Below, piece after piece: positions 1 to 11,200 of a DNA stretch of 64,000 nucleotides. Source of the stretch: Longimicrobiales bacterium (GTDB lineage Bacteria; Gemmatimonadota; Gemmatimonadetes; Longimicrobiales; Gaopeijiaceae); assembly GCA_965238005.1 (NCBI GenBank), contig OZ250165.1, positions 2,240,001-2,304,000 of the forward strand, in the 5' to 3' direction. The notes under the pieces were generated by a model, which saw only the letters and a program-made list of their open reading frames with translations, did no database searches and was not told where the DNA came from. The number at the start of each line of letters is the position of its first letter. The first letter of the stretch is position 1. The translations under genes and the position numbers were made by a program.

Positions 1-712
1 CCGCCACGTAGCCCGCCCCTGTCGGGCCCAGTGTGACGGCGATGAGCTTGAGCTCGGGGCCGACGATCTGGGACGCCATCTCCCAGGGATCGCCCATGGC
101 CCGTCCCAACAACTCGAACTCCTCTTCGTTCATCTGAACGGCGTCGAAACAGCGGAGCCAGGCACCCCAGGAGGGGAGCTCCTGGGGGATCCTTATCCCG
201 CTCCGCACCACGCTCAGGAAGAGAGAGTGGAGATCGGCATAGGTTGGCCCTGGAAATGCGCTTCTCAGAGCCCGGGCCGTATCCAGCTCCATCTCGAAGC
301 CGGAGATGAAGTTGATGTAGAGGGCGTCGCAGGTCCCCACTAGCGGACCCAGCTCGGCCCACAACCAAGGGGGCACGCCACCGGTCAACCGCTCGCTGCG
401 GCGCTCGTTCCCGGAGTAGATCAACTCGACCCGGTTGCTGGGCTCCGGCACGATGCGGATCCCCGTCTCCACATCCATACGGGGGAGGTCGCGAAGGAAC
501 CTCCACGCCTCTTCGGAGAGGTCGGATCCGATTTTGACGATGGGCACCAGCTCCCATTCGGGTGGAAGAGCCGCTTCCAAGGCGGATAGGGCGTAGGCTA
601 TCCCTCCCCACTCCTCCACGGGCTCGCTCCGGCCGTCCCGATGCCGAATCGTGTCCCACACGAGGGTCCCCACCACGCCGAGGCGCTTGGGGCCCTTCTC
701 ACACGCCTGCAT
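1..712 (-). CDS. PfkB-like carbohydrate kinase family protein (3' end outside window)
   Basis: Manual translation from ATG 712: [22 protein letters not shown]...WGGIAY...DAVQMNEEE...AVTLGPTGAGYVA, matching ribokinase-fold motifs. Overlaps the upstream GT stop codon. Not in the ORF track because it is truncated by the window edge. Confidence 0.7.
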   Translation of the reverse strand, partial: MQACEKGPKRLGVVGTLVWDTIRHRDGRSEPVEEWGGIAYALSALEAALPPEWELVPIVKIGSDLSEEAWRFLRDLPRMDVETGIRIVPEPSNRVELIYSGNERRSERLTGGVPPWLWAELGPLVGTCDALYINFISGFEMELDTARALRSAFPGPTYADLHSLFLSVVRSGIRIPQELPSWGAWLRCFDAVQMNEEEFELLGRAMGDPWEMASQIVGPELKLIAVTLGPTGAGYVA

Positions 713-1586
713 CAGCCTCTTCGAGCTCGGCAATACCGATTCGCGCTCGCACCTCACCGTTCGCTCGTATGCGATCCCGGATCGCTCGGTTGCCGGCCAC
801 CACCTCCGGACTGCGATACGGCCTCGGATGCCACAGGTGGAGGCAGGGTGCCCGATGGCGGATCTGCCGTCCTGGGACTCCCAGGTTCATCAAGCGCTCT
901 CCGAGGGCCCGGTCCAGACCGCCGTAGCCCATATCCATGTCGAAGCCGTTCACCGCCACGACGGCACTCTTCCAGGTGGAGGCGTTGTGTCCGTTCCAGG
1001 TGGGGCGAGTCGGCGTGACCCGGTCGAGGAGGGACCCCAGCTTCGGCGACCGTGTCAGGCGAAGGCGGCGACGCCCTCCCCGCCACCCCCTGGCCGTCAG
1101 CCACGAGCCTTTGAACACGCTCCCTGATCTCACGTCTTCGAGGGTCATGGCCTCGGAGAGCTCCCAGGGGAGCTTCACGTATCCCCCTGAGAGGAAGGTG
1201 GATGGACGTGCTTCGTGGACGTGCACCGCCACGAAGTCCTCTCTCGGGATGCCATCGCCATCGGAGAATATCAGGTAATCGCCGGTGGCAGCCATAACGG
1301 CACGGTTGAGGATCTCGGTCTTTCGGAATCCCCGATCCTCATGCCAAACGCGGCGAACCGTGAGCGCGGCTTCTTCGCGGAGGCGGTCGATGACGCGGCC
1401 CGTCTCCGGACCCGATCCGTCGTCGGCCACGATGATCTCGAAATCACTGAACGTCTGGTGGGCGTAGCCCCAGAGCACGAGCTCCAAAGCCCGGGGCTGC
1501 TCGTACGTGGTGAGTATGACCGAGGGACCTACGCCGCGCTCAGCCTGCGAGGGCCCCGGCGCGGAAGCCTCTCCGTCGGCGCTCAT
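699..1586 (-). CDS. Glycosyltransferase family 2
   Basis: [24 protein letters not shown] and [13 protein letters not shown] motifs. Confidence 0.9.
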   Translation of the reverse strand: MSADGEASAPGPSQAERGVGPSVILTTYEQPRALELVLWGYAHQTFSDFEIIVADDGSGPETGRVIDRLREEAALTVRRVWHEDRGFRKTEILNRAVMAATGDYLIFSDGDGIPREDFVAVHVHEARPSTFLSGGYVKLPWELSEAMTLEDVRSGSVFKGSWLTARGWRGGRRRLRLTRSPKLGSLLDRVTPTRPTWNGHNASTWKSAVVAVNGFDMDMGYGGLDRALGERLMNLGVPGRQIRHRAPCLHLWHPRPYRSPEVVAGNRAIRDRIRANGEVRARIGIAELEEADAGV

Positions 1587-3385
1587 GAATCACCGAGTCG
1601 GAGGACCGCCAGGAAGGCCTCCTGCGGAATCTCGACGGCCCCGACCTGCTTCATCCGCTTCTTTCCGGTCTTCTGCCTCTCCAGGAGCTTCCGCTTCCGC
1701 GTGATGTCACCGCCATAACACTTCGCGGTCACGTTCTTGCGAAGGGCTTTCACGTTTGTGCGCGCCACGATCTGGGACCCGATGGCAGCCTGAAGGGCCA
1801 CCTCGAACTGCTGACGTGGGATCAGCTTCTTGAGCCGTCGCACCAGATCACGGCCGTAGTCGAAAGCCTTCTCCTGATGAATGATCACAGAGAACGCGTC
1901 CACGGGGTCGCCGTTCACCATAATGTCGAGCTTGACCAGATCGTCGGCCCGGAACTCCAGGAACTCGTAGTCGAGAGCCGCATAGCCGCGAGTCCCACCC
2001 TTGAGCTTGTCGTAGAAGTCCAGAACGATCTCGGCCAGAGGCAGCTCGAAGTCCATCTCCACGCGCTGGGTGTCGAGGTATTGCATCTCCTTGGAGATCC
2101 CCCGGCGGTCGTGGCAGAGCTTCTGAACGTTGCCGATGTACTCGGCGGGGCAGACGATGCGAGCCCTCACGATGGGCTCCGAGATGCTGTCGATGCGGCC
2201 GTGCTCTGGAAGCGCCGTAGGATTCTCCAGGATCACCTCGGTGCCGTCGGAAAGGCTCACGTGGTATTCCACGTTGGGCACGGTGGTGATGAGGTCCACG
2301 CCGAACTCACGATCCAGACGCTCCTGGACGATCTCCATGTGGAGGACCCCGAGGAACCCGCAACGGTAGCCGAAGCCCAGTGCGGCAGACGTTTCGGCGA
2401 CGTAGTGCAGGCTGGCGTCGTTGAGCTGGAGGCGAGCCAAGGCGTCACGGAGGTTCTCGTAATCGTGTGCATCGGTGGGGTAGAGGCCGGCGAAGACCAT
2501 TGAGCGTACGTCCTTGTAGCCCTCAAGGAGTTCCTCGGCCGTATTGTGCGCGTCCAGGATCGTGTCTCCGACACGGGTGTGCGCTACAACCTTGACGGCC
2601 GCGATGACGTACCCCACCTCGCCCGGCGTCAGCTCGAGTTGTGGCACTCGCCCCAGGCGCATGAAGCCCACCTCCGTGACTTCATAACGCTGGTCGACGG
2701 CTCCGAAGGTGATGGACATCCCGGGCTTTACTACGCCGTCAACGATCCTCACGTTGGGGACGGCTCCCTGATACTGGTCGTACCACGAGTCGAAGATCAG
2801 AGCCCGAAGAGGCGCTTTGGCATCCCCCACGGGAGGCGGCACCTGATGGACTACCGCCTCCAGCACCGACTTGATGCCGATCCCCTCCTTGGCGCTGGCC
2901 AGGAGGATGGTCTCGGGCTCGACGCCCAGGAGGTCGGCGAGCTCCGCCTGCCGTCGCTCCGGCTCGGCCCCTGGCAGGTCGATCTTGTTGATGACCGGGA
3001 TGACCTCGAGATCGGCGTCCAGAGCCAAGAACAGGTTGGAGAGGGTCTGAGCCTGGACGCCCTGCGTGGCGTCGACCACGAGGATAGCGCCTTCGCAGGC
3101 AGCGAGGGACCGCGAGACCTCGTACGTGAAATCCACATGTCCCGGTGTGTCGATGAGGTTCAGAACGTACTCGCCACCGTCCTCCGCACCGTACACCATC
3201 CGGACCGCGTGGAGCTTTATGGTGATGCCTCGCTCCCGCTCCAGCTCGTTGGTGTCCAGGACCTGCTCCCGCATCTCGCGCTCATCGAGCGTGCGGGTCT
3301 CCTCGAGCAACCGATCGGCCAGGGTCGACTTGCCGTGATCGATGTGTGCGATGATGCAAAAGTTACGGATGTGGTTGAGGTCCAC
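1583..3385 (-). CDS. lepA: Translation elongation factor 4 (LepA)
   Basis: [29 protein letters not shown]-terminal [15 protein letters not shown]. Confidence 0.98.
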   Translation of the reverse strand: MDLNHIRNFCIIAHIDHGKSTLADRLLEETRTLDEREMREQVLDTNELERERGITIKLHAVRMVYGAEDGGEYVLNLIDTPGHVDFTYEVSRSLAACEGAILVVDATQGVQAQTLSNLFLALDADLEVIPVINKIDLPGAEPERRQAELADLLGVEPETILLASAKEGIGIKSVLEAVVHQVPPPVGDAKAPLRALIFDSWYDQYQGAVPNVRIVDGVVKPGMSITFGAVDQRYEVTEVGFMRLGRVPQLELTPGEVGYVIAAVKVVAHTRVGDTILDAHNTAEELLEGYKDVRSMVFAGLYPTDAHDYENLRDALARLQLNDASLHYVAETSAALGFGYRCGFLGVLHMEIVQERLDREFGVDLITTVPNVEYHVSLSDGTEVILENPTALPEHGRIDSISEPIVRARIVCPAEYIGNVQKLCHDRRGISKEMQYLDTQRVEMDFELPLAEIVLDFYDKLKGGTRGYAALDYEFLEFRADDLVKLDIMVNGDPVDAFSVIIHQEKAFDYGRDLVRRLKKLIPRQQFEVALQAAIGSQIVARTNVKALRKNVTAKCYGGDITRKRKLLERQKTGKKRMKQVGAVEIPQEAFLAVLRLGDS

Positions 3386-3451
3386 TGGGGAGGCGATTCC
3401 ACCTAGAGGGTCCGACTTGGGCTGAACGCATGAAGATAATCGGGCCGAATG

Positions 3452-3489
3452 GACGAAAGAAGACGGGCCGACGGCCTGTGCCGCCGGCC
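3452..3489 (-). terminator. Possible intrinsic terminator downstream of the DUF4384 gene
   Basis: GC stem GGCCGGCGGC-ACAG-GCCGTCGGCC on the minus strand followed by CGTCTTCTTT. Confidence 0.4.
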
Positions 3490-3539
3490 TCGTGCCGCCC
3501 CACGATCCCTAGTGGTCCTCCTCTAGTCCACCCGGCTCC

Positions 3540-4973
3540 CTAGCCCCCCGGTCTGCGCGACCGTGGCGGCCGTCGCGAGCTACCGGATGAGGCTCCGCTC
3601 GAACGCCGGGGTGGCGGGCTCTTCAGCGCCGGCTGAGACCGGGTCGGGCTGCTGCCGGTAGTAGCCGAACCACGCGATGGGGGCGGCGGCCTCCGAACCG
3701 CGGGAGGCGACCGAGGCGCCGACCTGGAGGGTGGCCTGCGAATCGCTGGAGGCGACGACCTGCCCCGAGTCGCGGAGCCCTGAGGCCGAGGCGGGTTGGC
3801 CCGTGGGGGCGTCACCCGGCTCGAAGAGCCGGATCGGCGGGAGTCCTCCCGCGGCGCCGGAGTCACGCGCGCCCCGTTCGAGGGGCGAGAAGCGGCGGGC
3901 GGGCGCCTCTCCAGCACCGGCCGCTTCGCATCCGGAGCCGTCGCCGGTGTGGCTCGACGGGACCCAGGGCTGCCCTCCCGCCCGTCGGCCGCGCCCTGCC
4001 GGGTCGCCGGGGCCCGGACTCGAGCGTCGCGGTCACCGGACGACGGCTCCCGAGTACCGGCGGTAGTGGGACGTCGGGCGTCCGGGGCCGCCGTCACGCC
4101 GCGCGGGATCGCTCGGCCGCGCTGTCTGTCGCGGGCCGCCGAGCCGTCATCACGACCTTCGGCCGGAACGGGCCGGACAATGGGCGTTCCCGGCTCACCA
4201 CGTGCCCGCTCCTTGAACCCGAAGCGCGGCCCCCCTGGGATGCTCCTGCCCACCAACACGACCCTATCTCCCCGATAGCGCCGGGACGGGTAGAAATAGG
4301 GATCGTCGTAGACGATGACCCTGAAGTTGGTGCAGGTGTAGTGGTACGGATCCCAGAGGTTGTACGGCTTGAAGCCGTGACAGTCGTAGCACAGGAATCG
4401 GGGATACGCGTGCGCCGCGCCTACATTGTAGGAGACGAAGTCGAGGCCGTACGCAGCGTACTCCCAGTCGGAAACGAGCCGTGCGACATAGTCGTCCATG
4501 GCCACGAAGGGGTCCCGGTAGACCCGGTTCCCCACGAGTGAGCGATCCCACCCACCTTGGTAGTAGGAGTAACGGAAATCCGAAAAATCGAACGGCCTGG
4601 GAGATGTCACAATGAAGAAGTACCCTACGCCCGGGCGGTCATCCACGTGCCAGTACGGCGAGTGGGGGAAGAGCAGCCGGTAGTCTCGGCCTGCCCGGGC
4701 GTAGTGGTTCTCGCTGGCCGAGCGGGGGTAAAGCAGCTGCACGGTACCGTCCGTGTCGACCTGGAGGATGGCCACGTACGCGCTCACGCTCGACCGGTAG
4801 TAGACGCGGACCCGGTCACCCCTCTGCAGGACCGGATCGATCCCGCGGTCCAGCCAGATCCGGGCCTCGGGCGCGGGCTCCTGATGTCGGAATGCCGCGA
4901 GACGCGCCAGGTCCCACGGCTCGGGCCCGCCGGTGAGCGCCGAGAGTACGGTGACGGCTCCTGTGATCCACAT
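3540..4973 (-). CDS. DUF4384-domain protein with CxxCH motif and long Arg/Pro/Ser-rich tail
   Basis: ATG 4973 preceded by AAGGAGG; GDRVRVYYR..AYVAILQVDTDGTVQLLYP resembles DUF4384; CYDCH; low-complexity C-terminus. Confidence 0.7.
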   Translation of the reverse strand: MWITGAVTVLSALTGGPEPWDLARLAAFRHQEPAPEARIWLDRGIDPVLQRGDRVRVYYRSSVSAYVAILQVDTDGTVQLLYPRSASENHYARAGRDYRLLFPHSPYWHVDDRPGVGYFFIVTSPRPFDFSDFRYSYYQGGWDRSLVGNRVYRDPFVAMDDYVARLVSDWEYAAYGLDFVSYNVGAAHAYPRFLCYDCHGFKPYNLWDPYHYTCTNFRVIVYDDPYFYPSRRYRGDRVVLVGRSIPGGPRFGFKERARGEPGTPIVRPVPAEGRDDGSAARDRQRGRAIPRGVTAAPDARRPTTAGTREPSSGDRDARVRAPATRQGAADGREGSPGSRRATPATAPDAKRPVLERRPPAASRPSNGARVTPAPREDSRRSGSSSRVTPPRANPPRPQGSATRGRSSPPAIRRPPSRSAPRSPPAVRRPPPPSRGSATTGSSPTRSQPALKSPPPRRSSGASSGSSRRPPRSRRPGG

Positions 4974-5207
4974 ATGCTCCTCCTTGAGCATGCATCCTCC
5001 ACCTCCGGAGCTGGCAGGACTCGTGCCAGCGCTCGATCCGGTAACTGCGGGGAGAATCGCGCGGGTAGGGCCGCGGATCGTCCGAAAAAGTGGACGGCGA
5101 CCGGGAAAGGCCTGGACACTCTCACCTGCTTCGTTCTGGGGCTCTCGCGACTGCCGGGAACCCCATGAGCTCTCACGACAACCCATTGCCTTTCTCGGGT
5201 GACCCGC

Positions 5208-5392
5208 TAGTGTCGTGTTACCAAAGTGTCTCGGCCAGTCGAGGGCACGGTGCATCCGTGGGCTCGGCGTTGGGACTCCTTGCGACCACGCTTCGCGCGG
5301 TGCCCGCTTGCGCCACGCCGCGTCGTCCCGCCTTGATCCCACAACGCCCCGACCCTCTTGGTGGCTCGCGAAATTCGGAAACGGGAACGCTA
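5208..5392. mobile_element. Degenerate MITE-like element (family A, TA-flanked)
   Basis: Starts TAGTGTCGTGTTACCAAAGTGTCTCGGCCA. Shares AAGTGTCTCGGCCA and GGCTCGCGAA with the 44778-44902 element at matching offsets from the ends. Confidence 0.65.
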
Positions 5393-5402
5393 GTGTGGCG
5401 CC

Positions 5403-6338
5403 ATGACTGACATCACCTCCCAGGCGTCGAGCCGGCTGCGCTCGCGACCCGACCTCATGGATCCCCAAACACTCTCACAACTGGGGGGAGTGGAGCTCAT
5501 CGCGCGTCAGGTCGTCGAGGGCTTCATCATGGGACTGCACCGCTCCCCGCACCGCGGATTCTCGGCCGAGTTCGCGGAGCTGAGGGCGTATCAGCCCGGC
5601 GACGACCTGCGCCACATCGACTGGCGGATGTTTGGGCGCTCCGATCGTTACTACGTTAAGCAGTTCGAGGAGGAGACCAACCTCCGGGCGTACATCTTGG
5701 TGGACGTAAGCACCTCAATGGGTTGGAGCTCGAACCCGGACAGCCTTCCGACCAAGCTGTGGTACGCCAAGCACCTGGCCGCCTCCCTCTCGCTCATCCT
5801 GCTTCGACAGGGAGATGCTGTGGGATTGGCCGCGTTCCACGATCAGGTCGTGGCACGCGTGGCGCCGCGGGGAGGGCAGCGCTATTGGCACGAGATCCTT
5901 CGACGGCTGGCGCCCCTCAAGGCGCAGGGGCGCACGTCGGCCCACCCGGCCCTCCGGGATATCGCCGTCCGCCTTCGGCGAGCCGGATTGGTGGTGCTCC
6001 TCTCGGATCTGCTGGTCGACCCTGAGACCACGCGCACCGCTCTGCGCTTCTTGAGGCACCAGGGACACGAGGTGCTCGTCTTCCATCTCATCGACCCCGG
6101 CGAGCGTGAGCTACCTGCAGCGGGTGACACGCGCTTCTACGATCCCGAGACCGCTGAGGAGCTGAGCGTGAACGTGGCCGACGTACGCTCGGCCTATCGG
6201 AACGCGGTACGGGACGCTCTGGCCGAGTGGGACCGGGGACTCCGGCCACACGGCATCGACTACGTGGTCGTCGGAACCGAGACACCCCTCTCCAGAGCCC
6301 TCCGCTTCTATCTGCGAAAGCGAGAGCATCTGGGCTGA
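5403..6338 (+). CDS. DUF58 domain protein (vWA-like, MoxR-associated family)
   Basis: GLHRSPHRGFSAEFAELRAYQPGDDLRHIDW, YVKQFEEETN. Confidence 0.93.
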   Translation: MTDITSQASSRLRSRPDLMDPQTLSQLGGVELIARQVVEGFIMGLHRSPHRGFSAEFAELRAYQPGDDLRHIDWRMFGRSDRYYVKQFEEETNLRAYILVDVSTSMGWSSNPDSLPTKLWYAKHLAASLSLILLRQGDAVGLAAFHDQVVARVAPRGGQRYWHEILRRLAPLKAQGRTSAHPALRDIAVRLRRAGLVVLLSDLLVDPETTRTALRFLRHQGHEVLVFHLIDPGERELPAAGDTRFYDPETAEELSVNVADVRSAYRNAVRDALAEWDRGLRPHGIDYVVVGTETPLSRALRFYLRKREHLG

Positions 6339-8287
6339 TGGGATTCCTCTCACCGCTCTTCCTCCTGGCCGGACTGGCGGTGGCCGTACCCCTGATACTG
6401 CACCTCTTCCACCGTCACGACGCTCGCCGCGTGGCGTTTCCGGCCCTTCGCTACCTACTGCGGACCGAGAAGGAGCATGCCCGAACCATCCGGCTGCGCC
6501 AGCTGCTGCTCCTCCTGCTCCGGATGGCTGCCATCCTCTTGCTGGTTGGGGCCGGTACCCGACCTTTCCTTCGAGGTGGAGGTGGGGTGCATGATCCCAC
6601 CGCTGCGGTCATCGTTCTCGACAACTCCATGAGCTCGGGCCTGATTCGGGGAGGCAATCGGGTTCTCGACCTCCTGAAGGCGGTGGCCCTCAGGAGCGTC
6701 GACGGCGCCAGCGACGAAGACCGCGTCTGGCTCATCCGGGCCGGCCAGGCGTGGGACGTGGCCATCACGGGCACACGGGCGGAGCTGCGGAAAGCCGTTC
6801 TCGCGACCGAAGTCACCGACGCGGCCGGAGATCTCCTCCCGGCTCTCGAAAGGGCGGTCGTGCTGGTCTCCGGCGCGGATCTGCCTGCGAGCGAGATCCA
6901 TCTGATCTCCGACATGCAGGCCTCGGCGTTCGCAGGTGCACCCACGACTGGGGCGCTCCAAGACATCCCCGTCGTCGTCTTCAACGCACGTGCCCCGATC
7001 CCGTGGAACGGTCACCTCGACAGCTTGCTGATCGGAGGGGGTCTGCCGCCCCTGGCCAACCAGCGCACTCGACTCTCCGTCCGTGTGTCCGGCACGGCCG
7101 ACGGCGGCGGCGTGCCCCTCCGCCTGGTGATCGGGAACCGCATCCGTGGCGCCGCCACCGCCCGTGCCGGGGGGTCGACGATCCTCCCCCTCGGGCCCTT
7201 CACCATCGGTCGTGTGAGCGGTTACGTGGAGAGTGATCCCGACGACCTGCGGGGCGACGACCGACGCTACTTCACCTTCCGAGTGCGGCGGCCACCTACC
7301 GTGGCCACCGCTGGGGCATCCTCGTTTTTCCTCTCCGAGGCGTTCCCGGTCCTCACGGACGCGGGGCGGATTCGGTTGACTCCGCCGCGGGATGCGGAGG
7401 TGCTCGTCAGCGTGGCCGGATCCGGGGTGAGGGAAGCGACCGGAGCCGGGCGCGCCACGGTGGTCGTGCCGCCGGGGGATGCCACACTCCTCCCGGGCCT
7501 CAACAGAGCCCTCGCCGCAGCGGGGATTCCATGGCGATACGAGCTCACCGAAGGGCGGGGGGAGGCCGCCGTCACACGATGGACGGGCCCCGTGGACCTG
7601 AGCGAAGTCCGAATCCGGTCCCACTACCTGCTCACTCCCAACGACGGCGGACTGGAGGCGGGCGTTCTCGCGCGCCTGTCGTCGGGGGAGCCCTGGCTGG
7701 TGGAGGGCACGACCCCCAGGGGTCCGTATCTCCTGATGGCCTCGGACCTGGAGCAGGAATCCACCAATCTGGCGGTAACCGCAGCCATGGTCCCGCTCCT
7801 GGAGTGGATGGTGGCCCGCTGGGGAAGTACCGACGCTGGATCGGCAGGCATCATGGCGGGTGGAGCCATACCCACACCGCCGGGAGCCACGGCGATCCGG
7901 GACCCACAGGGAGCCCTGCACCCCGTGGACGGAGCGCAGCCTTTCCGCGCCACCCGATGGACGGGACTGTACGAGGTCCTTCAGAGTGACTCCATCGTGA
8001 ACGTGGTGGCCGTCAATGCGCCCCTGTCGGAGTCGGTCCTGACACCCATCGAGCCCGACGACCTGGAGGCTCTCGTTCCCGGACCCATGACCGTGGTGGC
8101 GGACAGTGCTCGATGGACCCGGTCTCTCTTCTCCACGGGTCAGGGGCCTGAGATCTGGCGATGGCTGTTGGCCGCCGCCGTGCTGGTCCTTCTTGCCGAA
8201 AGCCTCGTGGCCGCCTCCGGACTTGCCGCAACCGGTCGACCCTCGGCTCCCGCCACCCACACGGCTCAGGATCCGACACCCGCCTGA
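6338..8287 (+). CDS. BatA N-terminal / vWA domain membrane protein
   Basis: TGATG coupling to DUF58; MGFLSPLFLLAGLAVAVPLILHL (BatA); vWA MIDAS DNSMSS; LISD; C-terminal TM EIWRWLL. Confidence 0.88.
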   Translation: MGFLSPLFLLAGLAVAVPLILHLFHRHDARRVAFPALRYLLRTEKEHARTIRLRQLLLLLLRMAAILLLVGAGTRPFLRGGGGVHDPTAAVIVLDNSMSSGLIRGGNRVLDLLKAVALRSVDGASDEDRVWLIRAGQAWDVAITGTRAELRKAVLATEVTDAAGDLLPALERAVVLVSGADLPASEIHLISDMQASAFAGAPTTGALQDIPVVVFNARAPIPWNGHLDSLLIGGGLPPLANQRTRLSVRVSGTADGGGVPLRLVIGNRIRGAATARAGGSTILPLGPFTIGRVSGYVESDPDDLRGDDRRYFTFRVRRPPTVATAGASSFFLSEAFPVLTDAGRIRLTPPRDAEVLVSVAGSGVREATGAGRATVVVPPGDATLLPGLNRALAAAGIPWRYELTEGRGEAAVTRWTGPVDLSEVRIRSHYLLTPNDGGLEAGVLARLSSGEPWLVEGTTPRGPYLLMASDLEQESTNLAVTAAMVPLLEWMVARWGSTDAGSAGIMAGGAIPTPPGATAIRDPQGALHPVDGAQPFRATRWTGLYEVLQSDSIVNVVAVNAPLSESVLTPIEPDDLEALVPGPMTVVADSARWTRSLFSTGQGPEIWRWLLAAAVLVLLAESLVAASGLAATGRPSAPATHTAQDPTPA

Positions 8288-8289
8288 TC

Positions 8290-11200
8290 GTGTCCGCCAG
8301 TCCCCACCCCATCGTTCAGGCGATAAGCACGTGCCCCGGCTTCGAGCGGTTGTGCCGTCAGCTGCCGGGCCGCGGGCAGCGTCGCGTTCTCGGTGGCGCC
8401 GTCGGCTCTGCATCCACGGCCGTGGTGGCAGCCCTCCACGAGCGCTTCGCGACCAGGGTGCTGGTGGTCGTCACACCGTCGCCACAATCGGCCACCGATG
8501 CGGAGGCGGACCTGGAGGTCCTGCTCGGTCGAGAGGAGTCCTTCCTGTTTCCCCAGAGGGAGGCCCTCCCCTACGAGTCGAGCGAGCCACATCTGGAGAT
8601 CGGAGGGCTCCGGGTCGAAGCCGTTGAGGCCCTTCTGGGGGGTCGGGCACGGCTGCTGGTGACGACCTTGCGCGCGTTGCAGGAGCGGGCCCCGATCCCG
8701 GCAGGTTTGGCAGAGCTCCGGATCACTCTGCGAACGGGGGGGGAGCCGGGTTTCCAACGCCTGATACAAGACCTCGACAAGCGGGGCTTCGAGCGGGTTC
8801 CCCTGGTGGAGGAAGTGGGGCAGTACGCGGTGCGTGGTGGCCTCTTCGACATCTTCTCGTTCGGGACTCCCGAGCCGTTCCGCGTGGAGTTCTGGGGCGA
8901 CGAGATCGTGTCGCTTCGCTTCTTCGACATTTTGGACCAGCGCTCGAAGGGGTCGACGGACGAGGTCCATATGCTTCCGGTGGACTTCCACAGGGAGCGA
9001 GACAACGGGGCCGTGGTCTCCCGGTCACTTCTGGAGCTTCTCCCCGCGGACGTGCTCCTACTCCGGTTCGGAGACGAGGATTGGTCGGCCGAGCTCACCC
9101 GCACCTGGGGCCATGTGTGTCGGCTCCACGACGAGCTCGAGGCAGAGGGAAAGGCGCCCGACGGGCCCGAGACCCTCTTCGTCGACCCTCAGGAGGCCGA
9201 GGAGCGACTCTCGAGTCACGCCCGGGTCGACGTCTCGCCCGAGTCGAACGACGCCCTCCAGCTGGCGTGCACATCGCCGCCCGTCATCGACCGCGACATG
9301 TCCCGGCTGGGAGCGGAACTTCGGGCGGCCTCCGGCATGGGGCAGAAGAGCCTCGTCCTGTGCGATAACCGCGGCCAGTGCGACCGGCTCGAAGAGATCC
9401 TCGGTGGCCCCGAGAAGATCCCTCCCGGAGCCCATGTCGTAGTGGGCTCTCTCGCCGCTGGCTTCGTCCTCGAGTGCGCTGAGCCTCCGCTTCGGGTCTT
9501 TACGGACCACGAGATCTTCCGGCGCTCCAGGAGAGTGCGCAGGGGTCGGCGCTTCCGAGGGGCCGTGGCGCTGGAAAGTCTCTCGCAGCTGTCCCGGGGA
9601 GACCATGTGGTGCACATGGAGCACGGAGTCGGAGTCTTCAGGGGGCTGGAGCGAGTCGACATCGCAGGCGAAGAGCTCGAGTCCATGGCCATCGAGTACG
9701 CCGGGGGGGAGGTCCTCCGCTTGCCCGTATCCCGCTTGGATCTCGTAGAGCGGTGGGTCGGCGAGTCGGAGACGGCCAAGCCCCCCGCCCTGCACCGAAT
9801 CGGCGGCAAGCGCTGGAAGACCCTGAAGCGCCGAACCAGCCAAGCCATCGAGAAGATGACGGTAGAGCTGCTCGAGCTCTACGCGAGGCGCTCGACGATC
9901 CAGGGGTTCGCCTACTCCCCTGATACCCTCTGGCAAAAGGAGATGGAGTCCTCGTTCCTCTACGAGGACACTCCGGACCAGCGGCTCGCGACGGAGGACG
10001 TGAAGCGCGATATGGAGTCTTCGGGGCCGATGGATCGACTGATCTGCGGAGACGTGGGATACGGCAAGACCGAGGTCGCCATCCGGGCGGCCTTCAAGGC
10101 GGTCCAAGACGGCAAGCAGGTGGCGCTTCTGGCCCCCACCACTGTTCTCGTCGAGCAGCACCGCCACACGTTCGAAGAGCGCCTGGCCGACTACCCAGTG
10201 AAAATCGGCGCCCTGAGCCGCTTCCGGACGCCGAAGGAGCAGAAGCTGCTGCTCCAGAGGTTGAAGACCGGCGAAGTGGACATCGTCATCGGGACCCACC
10301 GCCTCCTTTCCAAGGACGTGGAGCTGGCACGGCTCGGCCTGCTCATCGTGGACGAGGAGCAAAGGTTCGGTGTCCGACACAAGGAGCGCCTCAAGCAGCT
10401 CCGGGCCTCCGTGGACGTGCTGACGCTCACGGCGACCCCCATCCCCCGGACGCTGTACCTGTCCCTCACGGGGATTCGCGACCTCTCACTCATACGAACG
10501 CCGCCCCGGGACCGCGTTCCGATCATCACCCACGTGGTTCCATGGTCCGATCAGATCATCGCCGAGTCCCTTCAGCGGGAGTTGGACCGGGGGGGGCAGG
10601 CGTTCTTCCTGCACAACCTGGTGGCGACCATTCACGGGGCCGCGGGCCGCGTGCGAGATCTGGCCCCGGAAGCCCGGGTGGACGTGGCCCACGGGCAGAT
10701 GAAGTCGCGGGAGCTGGACCGGGTCATGCGTGACTTCGTCGACGGCGAGATCGACGTGCTCGTGTGCTCGTCCATCATCGAGAATGGGCTCGACGTACCG
10801 AACGCGAATACGCTCATCGTAAACCGGGCCGACCACTTCGGACTGTCCCAACTGTACCAGATCCGAGGGCGGGTGGGGCGCTCTGACCGCCGGGCCTATT
10901 GCTACCTGATCGTGCCGGACCACCTCAACGACGAAGCCGAGCGCCGCCTTTGGGTGCTGGAGCACTACACCGAGCTGGGGAGCGGCTACTCGGTAGCGCT
11001 ACGCGACATGGAGCTCAGAGGCGCGGGAAACCTCCTGGGGGGCGATCAGTCCGGGTTCGCCCACGCCATCGGCATAGACGCCTACATGCGTCTTTTGGAG
11101 CAGACTGTGAAGCGGGTCAAGGAAGGCGAGGAGGAGCCCGAGTATCCGCACCCGGAAATCACCATGACGGGATCGGCGTACTTACCCGACGAGTACGTGC

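Noticed and set aside
4974..5468. N-terminal extension of the DUF4384 ORF given by the track
   Set aside because: Overlaps DUF58 and the MITE-like element; a strong SD supports ATG 4973.
6455..8413. Long antisense ORFs (also 9058-10380, 34580-35866, 48755-50101)
   Set aside because: Each mirrors a well-supported gene on the opposite strand.
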